Below are positions 37,462 through 48,985 of a stretch of DNA of 64,000 bases, one piece after another (the first letter of the stretch is position 1; each line of letters starts with the position of its first letter). The DNA is from Selaginella moellendorffii. Lineage: Eukaryota; Plantae; Lycopodiophyta. The notes beneath the pieces are model-generated. The model saw only the letters and a program-made list of their open reading frames with translations, made no database searches and was not told the DNA's origin. A program made the translations under genes and the position numbers. The DNA is taken from NCBI RefSeq assembly GCF_000143415.4, contig NW_003314274.1, forward strand, positions 686,806-750,805, in the 5' to 3' direction.

Positions 37462-37866
37462 CTATCGAAACCCCCGGAGCAAGAGAGCGGCCTTTCGATC
37501 GTCAGTGGATCTGAGCTCGAAGCTGCTGCTCCTGGAGATGGGCGGAGGGTGGGAAGAGCAAGAAGAGAGCGGCGACGCTGGCGGCGAGAGTGGGAGCGAG
37601 AGGCTCCTAGAGAGAATCCCTGGCGGCGGCTGGAAGAAAGAAGTGATGTCTTGGAGAGGGAATCGAGGGATCGGATCTGCCGATTCTTGCCACCAATGCG
37701 CCATCCCCGCGCCCGCGATTCTTACGCCGGCATTGGAGGACGCCGCTGCCTCCGCCGCGTTCTCACCCTGGCCGCCATCGTCCGTGTGGAAGACCTCGCC
37801 CTCGCCGAGCTCGCCATCGCTGCCAGGGATCGATCCGGAAGAGGAGGGCAGCATTGCCATGGCCAT
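37462..37866 (-). CDS. 134-aa disordered protein with D-box-like RFPLQDIT and C-terminal LRGFR tail (UVI4/OSD1-like candidate APC/C regulator)
   Basis: GC-rich ORF with clustered ATGs (MAMAML), an RxPLxDIT motif and a terminal Arg tail. Confidence 0.55.
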   Translation of the reverse strand: MAMAMLPSSSGSIPGSDGELGEGEVFHTDDGGQGENAAEAAASSNAGVRIAGAGMAHWWQESADPIPRFPLQDITSFFQPPPGILSRSLSLPLSPPASPLSSCSSHPPPISRSSSFELRSTDDRKAALLLRGFR

Positions 37867-38002
37867 TGCCGATTCCTCGAGCGATCGAGCCTGAAAATCC
37901 CCAAACCAAGATCTGGCGCGCGCGCGCGATCGATCCACAAACGCGGGCCTTCGAAATGTGCCCCCCTCGCGAAATAAATCTGGCAAAACATAGCGCCAAG
38001 AG

Positions 38003-38062
38003 TTCAAAATTTTCGCGATCGATGGCGGCGATGGACGGCCAAGATTGGCGGGATTTTGAATT
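38003..38062. promoter_or_regulatory. Two E2F-like + CHR-like (TTTGAA) composite motifs in a divergent promoter
   Basis: CGCGAAAATTTTGAA on the minus strand (38017-38003) and GGCGGGATTTTGAA on the plus strand (38047-38060). Confidence 0.4.
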
Positions 38063-38283
38063 TGGAATCCCATGCGTTATGCGATTAGGGCTGACCCGGC
38101 CTGGTTTAAAAGCCAATTTTTTCCCTCCCATTTTTTGGTGGGCTAGGGTTTTCCAGGGATTTTGGAGCGAGGAAAGCACTTGCGCGCCAAGACGCCATCA
38201 AGAAAAGGTGTGTGTGGCTCCTCTCGCGGCCTCTCAATCGCCGCGTAGATCTGCTAGGCTTCATCGGGATCTAGATCTCTGCG

Positions 38284-39422
38284 ATGGCGCGGCTTCGCAG
38301 GGCGACCGATTCCTGGTGTGAGCCCTTGCTAGAGCCCGAACAGTGCCCCTGCGAGCGCCTGCCAGATGTGGTCCTCTGCCGCATTTTCATGCTCTTGCCG
38401 CCTCGATTGGTCGCCAGGGTGTGCTCCTTCGTCTGCCGCTCCTGGCGAGATGTGTCACTGGATCCCTCTCTCTGGTCTTACTACTGCCAGAACACCGGGC
38501 TTCGTTCAGCTGACGAGATCAAGCTGAGTGGCGGCTGGAGAGCTCTTTTCATCGCGGTCTTTGGTCCCAATCTCGTTGGAAGCCCCTGTTTCAGACCCAT
38601 CGAGCAGCTAGAGGTGGATCAAGCCAAGAGCAAAGCTCCCGGGCCTTGGGAGCCTAAGCACAGGGTCATACTGGACAGGATCGCGGTTCTCGACGACGTA
38701 GAAGAGAACTACCATAGCTACTCTCACTGGGGGGTGGAGGCTGGGTCGCAGTTCCATCGAGGTGGTGGCGATGGCGTGGTACGAGAGAATCCTCCAGTGG
38801 ACTGCTCTCCTTGCCCGTCGGTTCCACTCGAGAGTGTGATCGCTACTTCGCATGATTGGGGACGACTCCAGCACTACATTGGCTTCCAGACTTTTTCCAA
38901 CAAGTTCCTCGACCAGAGCCCGCCGTTTGTTCTCACTGCCTGGTTTGCGGCGCGGAGAGGATCGCCGGGGCTTTTCAGGATAAACTTGCTGCTCAGGGAT
39001 GATCTCAAGAACTGCAAGAGTGTCTGGTATGTAGATGTTTTGTTTGCGTGTTTTATCTGACTTTTTCCTTGCTGGTTTCAGGGACTCTGGGATTATAAAT
39101 GCGAAGGATGAGTGGCAACAAGCCAAGTTCATTATCAAGGACTACAACAAGGTTAGAACTTTAGCATTTGGTTCTCACAAATTTATTTTTCCTTTGGGAG
39201 CAGGGGGTGAGGTCCGTTATGGTGAAGCTTGCTGGGAAGTGCACGACCGGGGAACGGGGTTTCTACGGTACAAAATTTACGGACGTGAGGCTGCATTTTA
39301 TCCCGATTTGTGAGGTGCGTAGTAGCTTTCCTTATCGTCTTCTCAAACGTTTTCTTTTGCTTTTCCAGATTAAAAACTATGCGGACTTTGACGAAGGTGT
39401 ATTCTTAGATAGTGTTGCATAA
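38284..39422 (+). CDS. F-box protein with FBA (FBXO2/FBXO6/FBXO44-type) domain; exons 38284-39026, 39082-39151, 39204-39314, 39369-39422
   Basis: F-box LPDVVLCRIF..VCRSWR..LW. FBA-like blocks NLVGSPCF, ATSHDW, LDQSPP..TAWFAAR, WQQAKF..DY..GVRSV..LAGK..GFYGTKFT. Confidence 0.82.
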
Positions 39423-39919
39423 ATTTGCAACTTGCTACGGTCTGTTCGGCCAGGTTTCTTATTCACCCCCTTTCTTCTGTTTGTAATTGAAAAGGACACT
39501 GCAGATTATTTCTTGACGTTGCTTCTTAGCTCAGGTTCCTGCACTCGTATCAGGCCTGCTGCCAAAATTCTATGGCAGTACTGCTTTTCGCGGAGTGCCA
39601 GAGCATGCTTTTGCTTTTTTGTGTACCGTTTCGGTGCTTGATGCTCTTTCTCGCCAGCACTGACTGTTACAAAAGCTACAGTGGATTTCTATTCGGTAGA
39701 TTATCAAGTAGAGGGGTTCTTACATTGGTATTTACAGATTTCTTCGTGGTTTAAGTCTTTCCACAGCGCAGAAAACTTGGACATCGAAGAAACTAAGCAA
39801 AGACAGCGAATTTTACCAGTAAGCATCTAAGCTTGTCCTCACGTCTAACGTGTTGTGCAGCAGGACTTTCTCTCCATCTCCTCAGAAGCCTCATCGTCTT
39901 CTAAACGGCAAAGCTTTCT

Positions 39920-40708
39920 TCATCGTCTTCTAAACGGCCAAGGAAAAACTCTGGAAGAACCTCTTGAAGACGACGACGATGGCGATGGCGCCGCCGAGGG
40001 GACCGGATTCCTCCCAACGTCATACCGGCAAACCGGGCACGTCCCATGGAGAGCCAGCCAGGGAAGTATACAGTCCTGGTGATAGACGTGCTTGCAAGGC
40101 ATCTGTCTAACTTTGTTTCCCACAGCGTAGTCATCCTTGCAAACCGCGCAGCTCGAGAACTCGTCGTTGCGAAGATGATCTTTGGAGATCGTGATGGTCG
40201 GCATCGAGTCGATCTGCTGCCTGCTTGCCGGAGGAGCTCCGCCGCCGCCAGCGTCGAGCTCCATGAGCTGCTGTATCAGCCGCTCGAGTCCCATGCCGTC
40301 GGGTCCAAACCCAGGGGAAGGATCGCCGCCGTGGAAGTACCACCGTGGAGGCATATCCCCCCCGCGGAAGACCACCATGCCGCCGCCACCGCCACCGCCA
40401 CCGCCGCCGCCGCCGCCGCCCCCGCGAGATGGGAAGAATGGCGAGTCGTCTATCTCGAGATCTTCCACCATGAAGTGCTGGAAGGGGTGGAAGGGGCGCG
40501 GCCGCGGCGAGTTCCTCCTCATGGCCGATGCTACTGCGTCAAAGATATCGAGGAGGTGTGGAGGATTTGACTCTGGAGACCATCTTGGAGCTGGAGCTTG
40601 CTCGAGGAAGCCGTCACCGCAGCAGGGGCAAGCTAGAGCAGTGCTCGGGGACTGTACGAAGACGATGTGCTCGCATTTGTGACACCAGAAGGAGCGAGAT
40701 TCTTCCAT
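39920..40708 (-). CDS. BTL/RNF126-like E3 ligase (N-terminal C2C2 zinc finger plus RING-H2) with a poly-Gly (GCC)n tract
   Basis: FWCHKC..CPCCGDGFLE and CAVCKDDY..MPCKHVYHQDCILPWL..TCPVCR. GCC repeat at ~40380-40422. Confidence 0.93.
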   Translation of the reverse strand: MEESRSFWCHKCEHIVFVQSPSTALACPCCGDGFLEQAPAPRWSPESNPPHLLDIFDAVASAMRRNSPRPRPFHPFQHFMVEDLEIDDSPFFPSRGGGGGGGGGGGGGGGMVVFRGGDMPPRWYFHGGDPSPGFGPDGMGLERLIQQLMELDAGGGGAPPASRQQIDSMPTITISKDHLRNDEFSSCAVCKDDYAVGNKVRQMPCKHVYHQDCILPWLALHGTCPVCRYDVGRNPVPSAAPSPSSSSSRGSSRVFPWPFRRR

Positions 40709-41345
40709 GGAAGCTTGCTTTCTAGCAGGACTTTGGCTGCTCTTGTGAGAATTCTTCTAGTACCTGAATGTAAGAGAGAATTTGGAGCAGCAACTTGGAG
40801 TAAATAATCCAGCACTGGATCGAAACGTTGTTACCTGAGAAATAGGAGATACCCTCGGCGTGTCGGTTTGAGCATAGCTCTACCCGTGGGGGACGCGTAT
40901 GGCGTGTCTGCCTAGAAGGCACTCGTCAAACAAAGAAAAAGTTATAATAAGAACGACCCACCAAAAGGAAGGAGAAAATTATCAAAAACGAGAGAGGACG
41001 AATGCGCACCTCGAAGGTCCTGTAGCGAGGGAGACGAAAGAAGAAAAAGATAAAAGCTCGCCTAGCATCGCCATTGTCGGTCCCATTGATGAGTCAGAGC
41101 TGGCGTAATCGGATTAGCAAAATCAATCCTAGCTACAAGAGAGGAGAAAAATCAAGGAAAAATCAAGAACTTATCCATACGTACAATGTTGTACACGAAA
41201 ACACTGACCAAAACAGTGATCAATCTCTGCAACTTTTAAGTGCCCGTGAGATCCAGAAGGAAAAAAAAAAACTCTCCTCTCAAAACTTGAGAGAGCTTAC
41301 TTCTGGGAAGAGACTCCGGTGTTTTTGAGAAGCTCCCATCCAGCG

Positions 41346-42580
41346 TCAGGGAAGATCTTCCGGCAGTGGCACCATCTGGGCTCCGTATACCTCCATGGTC
41401 GATGGATTCTGGAGGAAAACCACTGCTCCACACTTGGTCCGGTTGAAAGTGTCCCAGAGCGGAAGCTTGAAGTGTTCCCGGACAGTCTTCCGGGCGGGCC
41501 AGTCGTGTAGAGTCGCTGCTTTGGCAATGCTTCTCACCACGAAGTCGTTTGTGAGGATCCGGCCCTTGTTCTCGCCCTTTTGGCAGTTGGTCACCAGGCC
41601 ATTCTCGTAGAGCGCCACCATTATGTCTAGCGTGAACTTGTCAACCTTGAACTTGATGATGGCTTCCATTGTCGTGTCTAAGACGCGCTCTGGCTCGGTT
41701 TCGAGCTTGAAGGAGATCTGCAAGAGGAAGTTCTTGAAACTATAAGCGAGAAAAAACTAAAACTTGCTGGAAGTTTGAATCATGCGGGAGAAATTCTCGG
41801 ATCTAGACGACAAGAATCTGTTTGGTTCAACCAAAGACAGGACCAGCGGGAGAAATTCCTGGCAATGAAAGTCACATCCTCACAGACCTTCACAGAACAC
41901 GACGAAGTCACAAGAAAACACGCAATGAAAACCAGGAGAGAAAGCAGCAAATTCTCGTGGATCGAGCAAGATCACATGGACGACAAACACGAAAAGCACG
42001 AAAAGGACCAAAAAACAAGACGAGGAAGAGAGAAACTTACAGTGATGTCTGGCGCAGCAAATCTGGGAGCTTGATGGATGAGCGCTAGAATGGGCTCCAA
42101 GCTGGAAGCAATGCAGTGGGATCGCCCTTGGACAACCACCTCTGGAGTGTAAATGCTGTCCTGCTGGAGAGCCTGCCCATAATTCCTCTGCCGTAGCGTC
42201 CAAGTGCTGTTAGCGAATGGATCCTTCCATCCCATGAAGTCCCAGTACTCGACGTGAAAGCCAAGGACAACGATGGGCACCTCCAGCGCCACATCCGAGG
42301 ATTTGGCTTGCCCAAGCTGCGAGATCAAGAGATCTGCCGGAGGACACGAACTACAGCCCTGGGATGTGAAGAGTTCCACCAGCACGGCGCTCTGGGAGGA
42401 TCCTCCCCCTACCTTGGGGCCACGCGGCGCAGAGGATTTCTTGCTCTCCGGATCCAGCTGCTGCGGCTCCTCCTCATCAAGCTCCTCGATTTCCTTGGCG
42501 TCGGGATTGCTGTCTACCTTTGGGGATCTGTCGCAGGAAGCTCCGGCCCTAGAGAAGCAAGCGATGCAGCGGCGAAGCAT
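41346..42580 (-). CDS. DUF1223 thioredoxin-fold protein; exons 42580-42041 and 41717-41346
   Basis: Motifs VLVELFTSQGCSSCPPAD, FHVEYWDFMGWKDPF, IYTPEVVVQG, GENKGRILTNDFVVR. Confidence 0.9.
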
Positions 42581-45500
42581 GATCTAGATCTTGCGCTCCA
42601 CGGCGGCGGAGCTGAGCACGGGGAAATTCCACACAGATCGATTGGAGATTGCCGCATTCCAGTGGTGGAGAATCCCTCGCTGCCCCCCAGAATATATTTT
42701 AGGGTTCTTGGCGCGCGAGGATTTTGGTGTCGAGAGGGGAGAAATTGAAGGAACCGCACCATGACGTGTGTCATGAACGTCACACCCGTCAAATTTTAAG
42801 AGCATATTTTAAAATATTCTTAATTAAAGCAACGAAAAGAAAAAGTCCATGACCTCGTCACACGAATCCCCTCCTCTGTCCTGGCAAAGGAACTCCCAAG
42901 CAAATTCGCGAGCAATTCCATGGATCAGATTTGTCTATTTCATTCATTCGATCCCTTCCTGCTAGGCGATGGATTGAGCCCTAATCTCGTGGTCCGATCA
43001 AAGCTCTTTGCCAGCAGGTAGATTAATCGAACACACAGCTCTAGATTACAACTTGAGGAGTAAACTAGTCGAAAAATGTCAACAATTTCAAACCAAAATT
43101 ATAAACCATTTAGATGCATTCCCCCTCTTTTTTGAATGAAATATCACCTTCATACTAAAGCTACCATCCTGTAAATCCCATGTAATTCTAATTCTTTCAC
43201 CGTGGCTTTCTTCTTGCAACTTTTGTCCAAGTTTCTGTCGAGCCTTGTGAACCCCTCTAAGACAAGCAGTGCCATGTAGTTGAAACTGTTTTGTGAATTG
43301 CTTTTGTCAACAAATTAGCAATAGCCCAACCAATTCTGAATGAAGTAAGGATTGTTGATGGATTTTCTCAATCAAACACAAAAGATTTACTGATTTGAAT
43401 AATTCTACTATACATTGTGAATGCTAAATAAAACTCCTTTGGCATTACAGAGACTCTAGTATTTCAATGCAATTTATTTATAGGATATAAGCTTTTATTT
43501 AATTTATTTTTGTGCATAATAATAAAAGAGGAGGAAATAAAAAATTAACTTAGAATATTTAATTAGTTTACAATAAAATATTAGTACTATCTACAAGTAT
43601 AAAATAAAATTTAAATCAACCACTTAGACTGATGCTTTTTAAAATAAAATAAAGCTAATAAACATACTATATTTCTCATACTTAAGGTTTTCATATCAGA
43701 TGAATTAATTATTTTTAAGTTTTTAATTATAGTAAAAGTTATTCAGTTTGTCTTCTATATACTAAATAGAGTACTAGATATTTTACCATGACAATATAAA
43801 TTATATTATTTGTGAAGAGTGGAATGTCATCTCCAAGTTTTTATACTAACATAAAGTTTTACCAAACCATCTTTTACTCTATTTTATATATGCAAGCCTT
43901 TTATATTAGTTTTTTTTGTCAGTTATTTTTTTTTCCTGTGAATACTATGAAACTAGAAAATGGGCAATGTTTGATAAGAAAGCCCTTACTAACTATTTTA
44001 TCCACATTTATCCCCAACATTAAATGGATCTATAATGATAGTATGTCAAAATTTTATCTCATTATTACATACACTACATTTGTGAAAATAGCCACAAATC
44101 ATAGTTAGAAGGAATTACAAAACAAGTGGTAGTCACAATAATAAAATTCACAAAATAAACATTTTATAACCACTCTGTTAATCCAATCGATATCACTTCA
44201 CTTTAATATCCACTCTTGCAACCATTATATACACTACTCCACCTCCTATACTTCAGTTTCATAAGCATAGGATAGGCATTAATTATGTAACTGTAAAACA
44301 TTGGCTATATCTACCATCATCACTATTACTATTTAACATGTCAATCCATCAACAAGATTTAGGGTTTTAGTATTTAGCTAGGGTTTACAATTAGTGAGAC
44401 TCCACATAAAAAATTACTACGAGATAAGAATATATAAAGCCATATATAAAAATGTGATTGCATGGCCGAATTGTAGCGCACGTGGTTTTGACCCTTTATC
44501 CTATGGTGATTTACCATAGGATAACACCACGAAGCGGAACCTAAACCCTCTTTGTGCCACGTGACAGATGCCACGTGTCACATGCCACGTGTCCATGCCA
44601 TGTGTCCATAGGAACCCGAGGTTCAGGGTCTCGGGCCACTGAACGAAGGAACGGTGCCAAACTCCCAAGCGTGACGCCAAGGAGTGATGGAACCGGACCA
44701 CGGAGCAACTACCGAGCATATAGCCCAAGGAGCGAAGGGACAGGAGCCCGGAGCGACTTGGAACAGTCCTGGAGCAACCAGCATACCAATGCCAGGACCA
44801 GCACGCAAAACGGAGCCAAACGGAGTCTGGTGCTATTTCGGCATACCGGTGGCCTAACGTGAGGATATGGGTACTCCACCAGCTAGCATGGAATGGAACT
44901 TGGGCTTAGACCCAAGCCGGACGCAGAACAAGGACAGGCACGCAAGCGGGAGCTAGACTATGCCTCAGGTTGGTCGGCCATGCCCGACCTACCCACTATC
45001 CCTACTATACATTTGGAACCCCCCATAGCCCCCCCCCCCTTGAGGAACACACGCTTTGGGCTTTCACCCCAAGCCTCCCTTAGTATCAGGAGTTAGTCTC
45101 TAGGACAAGTTCGAAACTTACTAAATATGGAATGTCCTTAGATTGCGAAATTGGACACGGGACGAACACCGTTGTGTTCAGGCCGATCTCTACATTCCGT
45201 AGATGTGCCAAATGAGCAAATCTGGACACTTTCCATAAATAGCATTTGGGATTAAAATGAGACTAACACAAAGGGCATGATAGCGAGGGTGTTTGGTAGA
45301 CACGGTAAGCTATCATGTAGCGATATTGAGGGACCAATCTCAATACGCGAGGGTTCTTGTCAAGCCAGTGCAAGATAGAGCAAAAGAGAACTAACAAGCC
45401 GGGCCGAGTATGCTCAGCTAAATAGACACTTAGGAATTCCTTCCTTATGCTCATCCGGCCAAGTACAGATGCAAAGTCCAGTTTACTAACACTTGAACAA

Positions 45501-48500
45501 GAGGGACTAATAAAGGGTCCAGCAATACCGACCTCCTGCCATCGTGGCAGTAAGGTAAGAGTGTCCGTAAGGACTGGCCGACAGGTAACTTTCGATACCT
45601 GAAGTCACATTCACGACACTCTCCCCCCCTTGGGAAGATCGACGTCCTCGTCGATGCATACTCCAGTCTAGAATACCGCCAAGGAAACAACTCTCGAAAA
45701 AGTTCACGGTACTCACACTATATGAGAAATGCACCAACTTAAATGAGTTAGGGAGCAACCTCTTTGTCTAACGCGGATGCGCTACCAGCTCAGACACCTT
45801 TTGGCCGTCACCGACAAGGAAATGACCAACGGAGTCAGCCACCCTTGCTGCTCTGGGTGTCACCCAGCTACAAAAGTGTGATATGCCCTGCCCGCAGGAA
45901 CATAGAGAAAGAAGCCAGAGGCCCCAACCCTCCTGAGCAAAGAAACCAAACCCGTCGGTAAGGTTTAGATAGACTACTGTCAACAGGCAGTGTAGAGTTG
46001 TTTACACGGTCACGCCCTTTCACAGAATAAGGAACATCGACAGAGAGGCGGGTTATGTGACCAGTCGACAGTAGCTACCCCATGACTAGAGATTTCAACA
46101 TGCACACGAAGTGCCAAAGCCAGTCTGCCTATACTGGCCCAAACTCAAATATCAGTATATAGGGACTATACCAAAGTCATAAACAATGATATCTAAGAAG
46201 CTTAATTACTAGTGATTATATCTTAGAGTAGAACACAAAAGTATTCCACATAAGTTATCATCCGATAAACTAGTATTTATAGTGTAGGAACCACCAAGAT
46301 CATCAGTTCAGGAAACATAGGATTAACCATCCAACAAAATTCAATAGCAAGTAGATCATCAAGGAAACGCAATGATGAAACTTAACTATCGAAAATGGCA
46401 GATAGTATGCCAAACAACTCACAAAACACAACTCAAAGAACACAAAGTATTATTGAGTAACAAGCACAATGCTCGCGAATGTTTCACCCGAAGGCTATAA
46501 CATCCGAATCTATGAGAACTAACTCGAGCAATAATCAACAGATCAAAATGAATGTTGCAAAGCAAATAAACACTTGTTCATATCAACTATTGCACTAGCA
46601 AATCTGAATAGATCTCAATCAACAATACCAAGGAACTAGAGTTGCTCAAGCAAGTGTTAGCAACATCCTACTGATGTCTCAAATCCAAGAGACCAATCCA
46701 GAGCAAACCACAAAGAACATGTGGTATTGCAAAAAGCCATAAGCCATCAAAGAAAACAACTAACCATCATGAAAGATCATCAATCATCCCATCAATAAAG
46801 AAATGCATAATTGTCATTGAAGAAAGAATCCACCATCCTGAAGAATGGCAAATCATTCTAGATCAACGATAAGCAAGCAAAACCTTCGACAAGGATAATC
46901 AACTTTCCTAGATGATAGTCAATCATCACCAATGATTGCTAGATGCAAAAGCCAACTTCAACATCGAAGTTAATGATCCAAAATGCCTTCCCCAACAACT
47001 TCTAACAAATGGAACAATGAGCATAAAACTCAAGAACCAAAGCTCGAAGAAGCCTATAGCCAAGTCTTGCCTAATAATGATCACAAGTCTCATAAAAGCT
47101 AGCTTCAATGTGAAAGAAGAAATCGTGATGCAACTCACAATATCTTCCTCAACACATCCATAAGCCAAACTTCATAATGCCAAAGCTAATGAAAAGCATA
47201 TTTGCATCAATCCAAAAGCTAAGTATAACGAAGCTATGCTCAACAAGTGATTATCAAACGATCCTCCATGAATCCATCTACAGCAAGACGTAACTCACTT
47301 CATAACAAGCACAAGAAAAATCATTAATGATTGATATATCTCAATTGAAATCCAAGAAGGATTCAATCACTTCAATGCCAATCACTAACTCCTCCTCTCA
47401 TAGAGGTAACATTATCCACGACTAAATCACTTTTCAAGGAAAAGCTAAAGCTCAACCTCAACTAAGCAATCTCGTCTAGAACACAACTAACCCAAACTTG
47501 CCACTCAGTTCATTTGAACATCAATACAGTTGCTAACTAGCAATTGCACGAATGCCAACAACACAAAGCTACAGCTAAATCATCAACACTATCTTCATCA
47601 AGACTAACAAAACTCAACATCACTCTTGCAGAGAGACATCTCATTTCACTGAAATCTTAATATCAACAATATCAATGACAAGGCATCACTTCAATGGCAT
47701 CAACACCAGGACAAAGCTAGAAGAAAGCAAGAGTGAATCACCACTCGGAGCTTTCCAGCAACCAAGCTAACCAAAGTCGAAGATACTATAGTCAGTATCC
47801 AAGACCAATCCTCTAGCAAAACTCAGTGACAGATAACACATCATCAAGGAGTGAATCACCACATCTAAGACTCAATGAAATCCAACACTATAGACCAAAC
47901 GTAACCAAATGATATCGACAAAGGAATTGACATGCCAACATGGAAAAACCATGTCAGCCTAATGACACGATCCTCCGCAACACCATCCGGTAAAGCAAGC
48001 CCATCACTACTAAATCATCATCGAGTAAAGCAAGTGTCAACGTCCTTGATGAAGTTTACAAGTAATCACTAGTCGCAAAGCAACTAACAATCACTCCTCA
48101 ACTTGCGTTCACAAGACTCAAACACCAACTCTTGTCATCAAGTTATATACTTGCCCAATATGAACGTGAAACCCTAGGTACGAGATAAAAGTTCATAGAC
48201 AAGCACAAACTAAATGACCACTCAAATCCAACTCAACCATAATAAGCTCACCAACACGTCTAGTCAATAGCTCTGAGCATGCCTTGAAGAGGCTAGCTAT
48301 GCATGATCAACACTCAGTCGAAACTAAAGTGAAGACCATGAGATGGACTCATATCGGTACACAACCTCCTCATAGACAAAGCTATAGTACGGGTACTAAC
48401 ATCTCAACCTCAAACAACTAAGTTGGACATCACCATCCTCAGCCAAGGCGCAGGGCCACCAAGACCAAGTCAAGATCAGTGAGAGCTCACTACTCTCATA

Positions 48501-48985
48501 GAATCTAACGTAATGCAAGGTGCAACCTGCCACCGAGCATAATGCTACAAAAGAAAGGCACAAGAGTAACCCTTCTTAGAAAAGTGTTGTCAAGACCCCC
48601 AACAAGATCAAGACTGGAAAATGCTAAAGACAAAGAGAAAAAGCTAGTGAAAACAAAGAAGAAGCCTTAGACTGGTGTTGATTCAGATTGTGGAGAAATG
48701 GAACAAGGCTAACCTATATATACTATAGGTTGATGAAGCTCCACCACTCTTGGATCGAGGACAGCCTAAATACAGCTGAGGTCGAGGAGGCGCCACATCA
48801 TCATCAGGAATGTGGCTCGAGACTCAGGAATCGGGAAGTGTCTCGAGAGTCAGGAATAGGGAAGTGTCTCGAGAGTCAGGAATAGAGAAGTGTCTCGAGA
48901 GTCAGGAATGTGGTCTGCAGGTCAGGAATCCGGCGAGAGTCAGGAATGTGGCAAGAATTGGGGGATTCCTGACAGCACCCCCTCC

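Noticed and set aside
10535-38321. Many long antisense or alternate-frame ORFs (e.g. 30776-32086, 35975-36826, 13872-14585)
   Set aside because: These are shadows of GC3-rich real CDSs, with no motifs of their own.
13728-40708. Apparent ubiquitin-ligase cluster (four F-box genes plus a RING)
   Set aside because: They belong to unrelated subfamilies of very large families, so this density is plausible by chance.
42850-43400. Possible gene fragment or ncRNA upstream of DUF1223
   Set aside because: No ORF of 60 aa or more, no recognisable RNA boxes, and no stable structure seen.
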